Assembly (NCBI GenBank): GCA_900088475.1
Contig: FLMG01004416.1
Coordinates: 1 to 57,223, forward strand
Direction of reading: 5' to 3'
Origin: Hyphochytrium catenoides
Taxonomy: Eukaryota > Protista > Hyphochytriomycota
DNA: 57,223 nucleotides
Shown: positions 24,016 through 34,174 of the stretch, piece by piece
Numbering within the stretch: the stretch's first letter is position 1
Layout: the number at the start of each line of letters is the position of its first letter
Notes under the pieces: model-generated
The model's input: only the letters and a program-made list of their open reading frames with translations
What the model was told of the DNA's origin: nothing
Databases searched by the model: none
Made by a program: the position numbers and the translations under genes

Positions 24016-25869
24016 ATGGGAGCCTTTTCTCCTTTCTCCCGCTCACCTTCTCTTTTGATTGCCGCCGTAGCCTCCCTTCTCCTTCTTGGCCCAGAGCAGT
24101 ATGTCAGCGCTCACTCCTACTTAGAGTGTACTGACCTGCGGGCAGATGGCTGCTATGGGTTCCCCCGTAACTACCAGTTCACCAACAAGGAAGGAGAAGG
24201 CTACGCCTACGTCCAAGCTCCTGATGCCCCTGCCTGCAGCCCTAAGACACAGCCTCTTCTATCTCCAATCCAAGGCTCCTACAAAGACTTTCCTATGGCT
24301 AAGGCAAAGGCTGGAAGCCCCCTCACACTTCAATGGCAGGCTAACAACCATGAGCCAGCCAACCTCCCAGGCCGCAGTGTTATGATAAACTACATCCCCA
24401 AGCCAACTCAGACAGAGGATCCTCCTCAGTCAGAGTTTAACAAGCATAAGGTAGCGACCCTACCTTTTGGTGCGACGAAAGAGGGATCGGAAGTTGTCAC
24501 CGTGTGCAATAGTGATCCAGAGCCGAACAAGGTGTGCAAGGGAACTTTCCAGCTCCCTTCCAATATGCAGCCTGGTGTCTATACCTTTCAATGGTGGTGG
24601 GAGTTTAACTCTAACTATGAGAAAAAGGGTTATCCCGAGGTCTATACTTCCTGTTTCGAAGTGGAGATCCTAGGGGCCGATGGCAAGCCTTATGCGGCGC
24701 CGCCCAAGGTTCCTCCTCATGGTCCAAAGCACCAGCAGGCTATGTGGCAGCAAGGGCAGGCGGGCCAGCAAATAGCTAACCAAGATAAGCAGTCGGACGC
24801 AGACGGCTATCAGGTACAGGAGGGTGTCAAAGATGACCTTAGCTATGCACCGCCAAAGCAGAACATTGCTGACGGCACTGAAGACGGCTATGGGACGACA
24901 AGCGATAACGCTGTGGAGCAGCTTGCGCAGCAGCAATCGGCCCAACAGGTAGCCACTCAACAAGCAGCAGGGCAAGGAGAGGGCCAGCAATACAAGCAGC
25001 AGCACCCGTCCGCAGGGCAAACAGCTGTCCAGCAGCAGGAACAGCAGCAGGCGGCCCAGCAACAGGCAGCTCAACAGGCTAGCCAACTGAACCACTCGGC
25101 TGAAGTAAGAGAAGAAGACGGAGATTGCGATGACGAGAAGACCGAAGAAGAGGCCATACCCATCCTTGGACAGACCTCTTCTGAGAGCCAGGATCCTTTG
25201 GCCACCCCCAAGCGCGACGCAGTCACTCCTGATGACTACGTCCATGAGAAAGCTGACAGCACAATGCCGGCGGCTCCTGAGGAAATCACGAGTCAGTACG
25301 CTGCAGGAGAATCATCAGAGCTACCCATCAATGAGGCAGAGGGCGCAGATTACGAAAAAGATGACCAGGAAGATTACGACAATCTTGATAGCAAGAGTGA
25401 GTTCGAGGATGAACTAGAAAGAGTAGAGCAAAAGGAGCACGCAGCGGCAGTAGCGCCAGCACAGGCAGTAGAGCAAGCACAACCTGCTTCCCCAGCAGGA
25501 GTTGGTATCATGCCAGAGCAATCAGCAGCACTCGACACGATGCCAAGTGAATCTGAAGGAGAGGCACAACAGGAATCTATGGCAGCTGGGTCCGACTCGT
25601 CGGCACAGGCAGGCTTGACAGGTGGACCGGTCGCAGCAGACGGGTATCTGGAACCAACCGATGCTGTCCAGGATCCTGTTGTTGGGGCTCCAGCAGCTCC
25701 TCAGCCAGGTAATCTAAGGGGAAGCTCTGAGCCTTGCAAGGCGAACCTAGAGGGAAGAAGCAATGACCAGGAAATGGAGAAGCTGAAGCAGACTTTTACT
25801 GCCTTCATGGCAGACCTGGCGAAGCTCTATAAATCTTACTTCCCTGATGGTCAGATGCCAACTTTCTGA
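24016..25869 (+). CDS. Secreted His-brace LPMO-like (DUF7492-like) protein with a long Gln/Ala/acidic tail, single exon
   Basis: 617-aa ORF. The hydrophobic signal peptide ends at VSA|H, exposing His33. Other motifs: GFPRN, PMAKAKAGSPLTLQWQANNH (second His), PGVYTFQWWW and EVYTSCFEVEI, followed by about 400 aa of low-complexity tail. Confidence 0.85.
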   Translation: MGAFSPFSRSPSLLIAAVASLLLLGPEQYVSAHSYLECTDLRADGCYGFPRNYQFTNKEGEGYAYVQAPDAPACSPKTQPLLSPIQGSYKDFPMAKAKAGSPLTLQWQANNHEPANLPGRSVMINYIPKPTQTEDPPQSEFNKHKVATLPFGATKEGSEVVTVCNSDPEPNKVCKGTFQLPSNMQPGVYTFQWWWEFNSNYEKKGYPEVYTSCFEVEILGADGKPYAAPPKVPPHGPKHQQAMWQQGQAGQQIANQDKQSDADGYQVQEGVKDDLSYAPPKQNIADGTEDGYGTTSDNAVEQLAQQQSAQQVATQQAAGQGEGQQYKQQHPSAGQTAVQQQEQQQAAQQQAAQQASQLNHSAEVREEDGDCDDEKTEEEAIPILGQTSSESQDPLATPKRDAVTPDDYVHEKADSTMPAAPEEITSQYAAGESSELPINEAEGADYEKDDQEDYDNLDSKSEFEDELERVEQKEHAAAVAPAQAVEQAQPASPAGVGIMPEQSAALDTMPSESEGEAQQESMAAGSDSSAQAGLTGGPVAADGYLEPTDAVQDPVVGAPAAPQPGNLRGSSEPCKANLEGRSNDQEMEKLKQTFTAFMADLAKLYKSYFPDGQMPTF

Positions 25870-26309
25870 GTGAGCCACTGGCAGGGAAGAAAACGGGAGC
25901 ATGAGATGATGAACCTGTTTCGCTAATATAATGAAAACAAAGTGATTTATTGAGCTGACGGCCAGCCTTCGTCTCGTCTCTCTCTCTCTCTCTTCAATAC
26001 ACCTTTCGCGGCTTGCGTCTGTGGCTCGGTGCCATCTCTTGCTCTTTGCCTTCGTTCTGCCCGTTACTTCTCGTCGCGGTCGCGTGCTACGTTGCGCCTC
26101 TCGCCTTTACTGGGTGAATGAATGGTCCTGTCCCTCTTTCAGAGCAGATTCGTTTGTCTCTTCGGGAGTATGTTAGGCTTTGTCCTCTAGTTATTCTTCC
26201 TTTGCCTATCTTTTCTCTCTCTCGTTGTCTCTGTACGACGTTTGGTGTTAGAAAATGGTCCGCCAGTTCCGCAGCTGAGCTAATGAGATTGTTCTTAGAC
26301 GTTTAAGCT

Positions 26310-26900
26310 AACGCACCGCCATTCAGGCTCAGGAAAGTAGGATTGACTTTCGCCACGTCCCCTGTGGAAGGCTGTCAAGCGTATCTCGAACTAGTTGAAG
26401 GCCACGGGTGACTTATTGCTATTTTAGAGGGAGGCTCCCGTTCAGCTCTCTGTATAGACTGAAGCAGATTGGGCAATGATCCGAGTGGCCGCAAGTCAAT
26501 CCCAGACTATTTTCTGAGCCTGGACGGCCGTGCTTTGCTGTTATGTCTAAGAAACATCCCCTCCGCGCTTCGTCGACTACGGAAGCGGAGTATGTCTCTC
26601 TTTCGTCTGCGAGTCGGATCACAGAGCGTTTTTGCGAGTTCCTGAGCGAGTTGGGCTTCTCGCGCAGCAGCCCCTCTCTATCTACCAAGACAAGTAGAAG
26701 AGTGCCATTGCTGTCTGGTGTCTGCTCAAGTCCAAAGTCGAACACGCTAGATGTCGAGCACTGTGTCGTGGAAGAGAAGGTGACAAGTGGAAGACTCAAG
26801 CTTATCTACACTCCCTCCATCTGCTGCCATTGTAGCGGATTGGTTCACCTAAGCCATGAGCTACCCCTCTCTATCTCACACTACGTCCTCATCTTGAGGT
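26310..26900 (+). mobile_element. Ty1/copia LTR-retrotransposon relic (RT C-terminus/RNase H)
   Basis: Frameshifted translation WKAVKRISN*LKAT..L*..V*TEADW / NDPSGRKS..DYFLSLDG / SKKH...SSTTEAEYVSLS...FLSELGF...IVADWFT* matches the copia consensus WKAVKRILRYLKGT, YSDADW, SKKQ, STTEAEY, ADxFTK. Confidence 0.88.
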
Positions 26901-27044
26901 GCTTCCACCTGCTACCAATAGTCTTGCTACTACCCACCTCCTAGCTTCGTCTGCTGCCGCGGAAAGAGTCGAATGTAACTATATTGATATACACCTAGCT
27001 CTCTCTGACGTATATGTCACATGTATCTGTCTTCGATCATCTTG

Positions 27045-27123
27045 NNNNNNNNNNNNNNNNNNNNNNNNNNNNNNNNNNNNNNNNNNNNNNNNNNNNNNNN
27101 NNNNNNNNNNNNNNNNNNNNNNN
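27045..27123. other. Assembly gap (79 N)
   Basis: Run of N. Confidence 1.
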
Positions 27124-27570
27124 CGCTGGCAATACATCTGCATTTGGGTCATCGTAGACTCGGGAGTTGCAGCTGCTTACATGGCGTCGCCCAAACGTCA
27201 AAAGGTGCCCTAACCTAAGCATCTGCCTAGGCAGCGAGGAGAGTTTGGTCAGCTCCAGTCTCCTTTTCATCGACTTCAAGGCCGCAGACAGAGGCAGCTC
27301 TAAGGCTGATGGCAGTCGGGTTAGTCGATGATCAATGACAGAAGTAGAGAGTGCTTCTGAAGCTTCGTCTGGCCTGAGTCTTCGCCCCCAGCAACTCTTC
27401 ATCGGTCATCGTTGTACAGTACATTTTTTGCGACAATATTAAGAGAAGGCGACAGCTGTATACAGTCCTGAAATAGAGGGATAACAAAAATATAGGAGGT
27501 ATTTATGTCACATTATAGAGGCAGACCTCACGGTACGACTAAAGTGGGAAGCAGGACACAAGCAAGTTCC

Positions 27571-27603
27571 AGAAGAGAGACAGAGGAGGAGAGAGAGAGA
27601 GAT

Positions 27604-27650
<47 letters not shown>

Positions 27651-27797
27651 AAGAGAGAGAGAGAGGGAGAGAAAGAAAGGAAGAGAGAGAGAGAGAGAGA
27701 GAGAAAGAAAGAGAGAGACAGAGAGAGACAGAGAGAGACAGAGAGAGACAGAGAGACAGAGAGAGACAGAGAGAAAGTAAAAAAGAGAGAAAGAGAA
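27571..27797. repeat. Compound (GA)n/(GAGAGACA)n microsatellite
   Basis: Visible GA tract about 300 bp upstream of the phosphatase-kinase gene. Confidence 0.95.
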
Positions 27798-28099
27798 GTT
27801 GGGCTGTCTTATTGTCTGTTTCCTTGTCAATACTCTGCTTCGCAAGGCAGAAAGGCTGTGATTCTCTTGCTGTCCTGGATCTTCATAGGAGTCACAGGAA
27901 GGCAGCGAGGCAACGTCTCGTCAGGTTCATCTTCAATATCAAAATCGGCGCGCCTGCTGCTCGTCGCCTGGGGCTTTCCTTTCCCACCCTTCCATTCTCT
28001 GCGTACCTGTCGAATGAAGCTTATTAAGCTCTGAGTCCCACGGCAGAGGCCACTGCTTGCTGACAGAGTCGGCTGCAGGCTGACCTGACAAGGAGGAGG

Positions 28100-31000
28100 A
28101 TGTACCTCCATCGCCTAGGAAAGGCAAACGTACAGCCTTTCATTGGAATAAGAAGGCGCTGGCACATTTGTTCGTCATTCTCTTCATCCTCTAGCTCTTC
28201 CTCATCGTCGTCGTCATCTTCTTCTTCATCTTCATGGAATCGTCACAGTGGCAGCAGCGAAGAGGAATCCTCGTCTTCGGTTCAAGTCCATGAGTTCGAC
28301 GCCCCGCGGATGGTAGATCTGGTGCTTGTGAGGTAACCTTAAGCAATCACCGAAGGGCCGGAATGACATGGGGAAGGCAGCAAGAGTGAGAGAAGAGAGA
28401 GCGAGAGCGAGAGAACATGGAAGAGAGCAGAGCTTAAGGGATAAGAGAGGACGCAGGGAGACAGATAGGAAAAGAAAGAGAGAGACAGAGGGAGAGGAAG
28501 ATGGAATACCTGCACTGCAATCTCTGCGATCCTTATGGTTATTGTCTTCCTCCAACCCCCAGACATGGTGAGAGTGAGGGCAATGTGGCGCGCAAGAGGT
28601 CTGTTTGTTATTGGCAGCTTGCGAATCATTTTCTCTTCTCTCTCCGATGTCTCTCTATGAAGCGACCTTAGTCTTACACACAGACTCGTTTGATGCCTCT
28701 CCTTATCGCCATTTCTTCCCTTCTCAATGGTCTCCACTCCTTCCTCTCTCTCGCTGTCCTCTCTCTCTTGCTATCTCGTCCTCTGTCTATGTCAGTCTTG
28801 CTCTCTCACTTTGTCTCAACTAATATGAAGAATTGTGCTATCAGGTCGATGCTTGGCGATCATAGTCTTTACACCGGAGAGTTCATGCATCGTCACAGCT
28901 CTAAGTGGAGACTGACAGACCGCGGCCGAGAGCAAGCAAAGGCCGCAGGCCAAGTAAGCTGCAGACGCTTTCGTTAGCCTGCTTCATCTTCTCTTCTACT
29001 CTTTCTCCTTCCTTTTTATTCTGAAGACGCTTTCATTAGCCTGGTCATGGTCACCGGGTCCTCCCTGTAGCTGTCTAGCTTTTGACTTCATTAACATTTG
29101 CTCGGTCTGGGCGCCTATCAATCAATTGCTAGAAGTTTCTCTCTCTTATAGTCTTCTCTCTATGCCCTCCCTTCTCTCCCAGTGGATCAAGCAGCAGATA
29201 TCCCCAACCTTCGACCGCTATTACGTTTCCGAGTTCCTCCGCGCTTGGGAGACGGCTGCGTACATGCATCTCCCCGGAGCGCAGTGGTTCAGTGACTTCT
29301 ATATCAGAGAAAGGTAGGGAGCGAGAGAGTGGGAACTTAGAGAGACACCTGACAAATAAAACCATAAGACACACAGACACGCACACACAGAAAGAGAGAG
29401 AGAGAGTATAACGGTGACATTATTAACGTTTTGTGCCTAGTAGAGGCTAACCTCTTTCTTGCTCTTTTATTCGTTCGCTCGTGCTTCCCTTTCCTTCTCT
29501 TCTCTTATTTGCCACTACCACACTGCACGGTTTCTTTGTGTTCCCGCTCATATGTATCACAGGGATTGGGGGCAGATGGACTTGATGTCTCAGAATGAGC
29601 GGATAGAAAAGATGGGAGATGAGCTCAGAGTAAGTTAAGAGACCAAACAAGCAGGAGCATAATCGGCCATACGAACCCTACCATGTCCACGATTTAGCTG
29701 TGATATTACCCAGTAATTTACCCTATCTTGGTAACTTCTTTGGCTGTCTAGTTGTTTTCTTATCTGCATGAGCGCTGGTCTTCTGTATCCATTCATCTTT
29801 CTCTCACCTGAACAACGGTGAAGGTCTCGGCTATGCCTAACAGTGACTTTTCCTTGTTTCCCCAACATGCGTGGATTGGTCTTGCAGAGAAGAGATCTGG
29901 ATCGCTTTTATTATGCGCCTCCTGGTGGCGAATCGTTGGCTGACGTTGCTCAAAGAGCAGATAGACTAGTTGGTAAGTGCTATGACTGTCCTCATCCTGG
30001 GCCTGCATGCCCGTAGGAGTTCTCCTACCTGTTAATGCCCTGTTCCTTCGTAAGTTCTCCACCGAGCTCCTTTACATGTACTAGACTTTCCTTGGGAGGC
30101 ATATGCAGCTACTCAAGTGTCACTATGGCTCATTGCTCTGTTCTTACCAAATAGAGATCTTGCATCGAGAATGCGCTGGGAAGAAAGTCATTGTCGTCTG
30201 TCATGGAGAGGTAATGTGGGCGCTACGTACCCGCATCGAGCGGATGAGTCAAGTGAAATTTAAGGACCTTCAGGTACGAAGGGGAGGAAAAGAAAGAAGA
30301 TGTGGGGAGGGTTGAGTTAGGGAAATCGGCGGATCAGTTGAGAAGTACGTTTCTAGGGAAACACCATGTACGGGGATGGTAAGAACTAGCAAGGGGCACT
30401 ACCTGCGCACGTAGAGATAAGAGAGGGAATAGAGGACTGGACTGGGTGCTTCTTACGTGTAGCCTAACCTGCGGGTGTAGGAGGCTGGAAGGATGGTGGA
30501 TCAAATCCACAATGGCCATATCTTGCACTACACGCGTCGACACCCTGAGACGGGAGAGATACTACCCTTTTTCTCCTATCTGCGCTCAGTATGTCCCTGG
30601 AACATGAAGCTCTCCCCTGCGGTAAGTAGCACTTGCTCCTCCGGTCCATTAATCTCGTTCTCTTAGTTGCGATTCTCGTCTACTTGGTCCGGATCTCCAC
30701 TTCTTCGTAGACTTGGGAGAAGATAGAGCGTCCAGTGTACGATAATAAGATGCTGCTGGCAGAAGCAGAAAGAGTGCCAAGAATGATTATCTCTGAATCC
30801 GAATTTTTCCGAGGTGGGTTTGCACTTTCCCCACCTTGAAAGCAGACCGTAGCGTACTTTGTTCCATGAAATGTTATTAGGGGTTCTATGCAGAGAGCCC
30901 GCCCACCGCCATCTGAATTTCTTTTGCTGTGTAGTCACTCTCTCTCCCTACAACACATACCTTCCTCCAACCCCTCAACACCAACCCCTCAACTGAAGTT

Positions 31001-34000
31001 TCACGACCAATATGTTTCTTGTTCCCGTCACGCTATGGTGGTAAAATATAGATCCTGAAGACAAACAGGCAAGAGCAAAGACACGGTCAACTCCTCCCCA
31101 GCCTGCTCCAACGAGTACCTCTCACTCTTGGAGCGACCCTGGCACCACATACCCTCTCATAGCTGAGAGCCTTCCAAAGGGAGAGCCGCTAGAGATGTCC
31201 AAAGTGCGTACAAATAAGTGGTATATGCGTATAAGTGGTTAGAGGGAGGGTTGGCCGCAGGTTCCTTCCCAAAAGCTACCGCTCACGTTCTCGCTTTCTA
31301 TCTTGCTCTATTACTCCTAGCTTTGTCTTCTATCGACGGAATAACCACGTTGTTCATCGTCCATGTGTGGGTTACTTTTTATCCTTGACCCACACTACAT
31401 CCCACCTAACTTTCTTCGGTACATTCGGCTATTTTCTGCCCTTCTAGGTCCTTCTTGTGGCAAAAACAACGCGTTACGAGCATGAAGTGGAGCGGCTAGG
31501 AGACTCGTGAGTCGCTTCCTTGCTTGTGACATCTTCCTTGTTCGTCTCACGCTTTCCTCTGCTTCCCTCTGATTATCCTGTTATTGGTTTTCTCCTTAAC
31601 GGCCCTCAGCGTCAGTGAGGAAAGGCTAAGAAAGGAAGTGTCGATGCGGGGATTCGTTTACGAGCGCCTTCGTCGCATCCATGAACAGCATAAGCTTGCC
31701 ATGGACGATATAATGGAGACGTAGGTTAAGGGGCCGAGGAAAGCGTGGCCTCTTCTAGCGAGAAGGCAGCTAGAGTCCGAGAGTTTGTATGGACAGGATC
31801 TTTCAAGAGAACTAATAGTTACTGGCGGGAGGTGCAGAAGGAGGAAGATGAGGTTAAAGACACACTTGAGTCGAGCACATACAATCAACGGACAAGGAGC
31901 GAAGTCCTCATCCGCGGCTCGGCGCGAGCCAATGTTCTCATTTCTTCTCTCACTGTCGGTTAGGTTTGCCAGAAGGAATGTGGAGGTGCACTACGTCCCC
32001 AGTCCTCATCTGAAGGATGATGATGTTGGAGACTACGACGTCGTCTTTGCTGCTGGAGGAGACGGGACCTTCCTCAAGGTACGAGGAGATTAGCTGACTG
32101 ATGCCCATCTAGGACAGAAAAGAGGAGAGGGATGGTAGAGCTGAGGGATTAGAGAGAGAAAAGAAGCATGAGAAAATATTACTCTCAGGCAAAAGGCTTT
32201 CAAGAGTTCCTTGTATGCATAGTAGTCAAAAGGAAGAATATAGCTACTTAAGGCAGAAGGAGATCACTTCTGAGATCCTTTCATTTCTCGATAGGCTGCA
32301 AGTTTTGTTCGCTCTCCTATCCCAGTCATTGGCATAAATACGGATGTCAAAAGCAGCGAGGGTCGGCTCTGCAGCTGCTGGATAGACCCCAGCCAGAACT
32401 CCTTTGAAGACGTATTCAATAAACTTGTGAACGGTGAGTGCATTGTGCTTGGGCATACAGCGTCTTACTGGGATATACCCTAAATGAGCTGGGATTTGTA
32501 CCCTCCGGGCTAGACATCAGCCCAGGACCTTGTGACTGTACTTCTGTGTTAGCGTTGTCGCGCGATAGCTCTCTCGGCCCGTAGTCTATCTTATGGGTAG
32601 CTTGTGCTTAGACTATTATCTGGTCCTACCAGCATATCTAAGGACAACGGCATCTCCTTACAGGCGACTTCTGGTGGCTGATGCGACAGCGCATCAAGGT
32701 GATCCTTGTGCATCCAGACGGGACCAAGGTCTACATTCCCTATTTTGCACTTAATGAGGTAGCCGCAGGTTCCGCAGTGATGCAAGTTCACGTGTGTCAA
32801 GTAATTCTATTTTGGCACAGGTCTTTATTGCTGAGAGTGATCCAGCGCGGCCTGTGGTTCACGACGTAGGAATCGACCACAAGCAGCGAGAGATAGAAAG
32901 AAGCAGCGGTATTATTGCTTGCACAGGCACAGGGTCGACGGCCTGGTATTACAGTGCTGTACGTAGTCTCCCAAATCCCTAGCAAGCTGATATTGCGCTT
33001 CCCATGTGTTCTCCATTGACGACGACAATGTATTTCTCTACGTCGCTACCCCACCCCTCTAGTCGTGCATGCATAGGGAGCAGGTGCTAGCCGTACTGGA
33101 TGCTGCTGGACACAATCACCCGCCAGATGTGGTGACGGAAATCACCGAAATGTACGTGTTCCCTGCTTTGCTGCGTGGTCTTTCTTGAACATGGAGTCTG
33201 CCGTAGCCAGAATTGCTATCCTCTTGTCCTTGACCTTGTGATTTCCACCTTTCCCATATCCTCTCGCTACCGACGTTCTGTTCCTTATTCTTGTTGTCTG
33301 CGCCTTACTGTCTTCTCTACATATCGATATATCATTGTTTCACTCTATTATGCACACTCTGTCTAGGTTGAACGAGAGGAATGTATTCCCAGAAAACAGT
33401 CCTGAAATGGGTTATATCGTCCGCGAGCCCATCGTCAACTCCACCTTTGGCGATATCAGGAACCGCAGGTAGGCAGCTAGAATTTATACGATACGATGTT
33501 GACGTTGGTGAAGCGGGGCCGTTATGGAGTACCAGGATCTAGCGGCAGTTGAAGGAAAGTAGAGGACAAGTAAGATGCATTAGAGGACGTGTCAGGTAAA
33601 AGTTGAGGGCATGTAAGATAGACAGTTTTGGGGTCTTAGAAGGAGGAAGTAGCAAAGATAGATGGGTCTGCTGCATGTCTATGAGACACAGTACCATTTA
33701 AGAGTCGAACGGCGTCTTCTCCAAACAGTGGCCGAGCTCGACGGATCTCCGTCAAGTCTTTGGGCTGGGATACAATCCTGACGATGGATGGGATCAAAAC
33801 TATTCCTTTAGGATACGGCGTACAGGTAGTGCCATTGGAAGATTGCGGTTTCTGGGTAGATTAGTACACGCTATTGGCCCTATATCCTTTCTGCTCGCCG
33901 GTCTCATTGTCTCCTTCTTCCGAGGACTGGGTGTCACTTAGACCGCTGTCCTTTAGTTCTTCAGCGTTTCTTAGTATTCCCGGTATCTCTTGATAGGCAC

Positions 34001-34174
34001 CCTGCTGTCTCTTCAGTGTTTCAACTTTGATGTGTTTGCTATCTAAACGTACCTTCCGTTCTGCAGGCAGTCTTGAAGACCACTCAAGATCCTGAGTGCA
34101 TTTTGAAGACTGTTTCTTTTGAGGAGCCTACGATGGCATCCAGAAGGAAACGAATGTTTCATTCTGTCCGCTAA
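28100..34174 (+). CDS. Fusion protein: histidine phosphatase (PGM/FBPase-2 superfamily, branch 1) + NADK2-type NAD kinase, with a putative mitochondrial presequence; about 19 exons
   Basis: Spliced in frame through GT-AG introns. Phosphatase motifs: LVLVR|HGESEGN, LTDRGREQA, VSEFLRAWETA, IRERDWG, PPGGESLADV, VVCHGEVM. After a linker, kinase motifs: VAKTTRYE, AAGGDGTFL, PVIGINTD..SEGRLC, ALNE|VFIAE, SSGIIACTGTGSTAW, VREP. Stop TAA at 34172-34174. Confidence 0.9.

Noticed and set aside
27494-27507. Shine-Dalgarno-like AGGAGG followed by ATG
   Set aside because: The ORF runs straight into a microsatellite and there is no other bacterial signal, so this is likely chance.
17000-28000. Fanzor/TnpB, Helitron or viral genes in the gene-poor island
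   Set aside because: I could not recognise RuvC, Zn-finger, Rep/helicase or capsid motifs in any frame I read.
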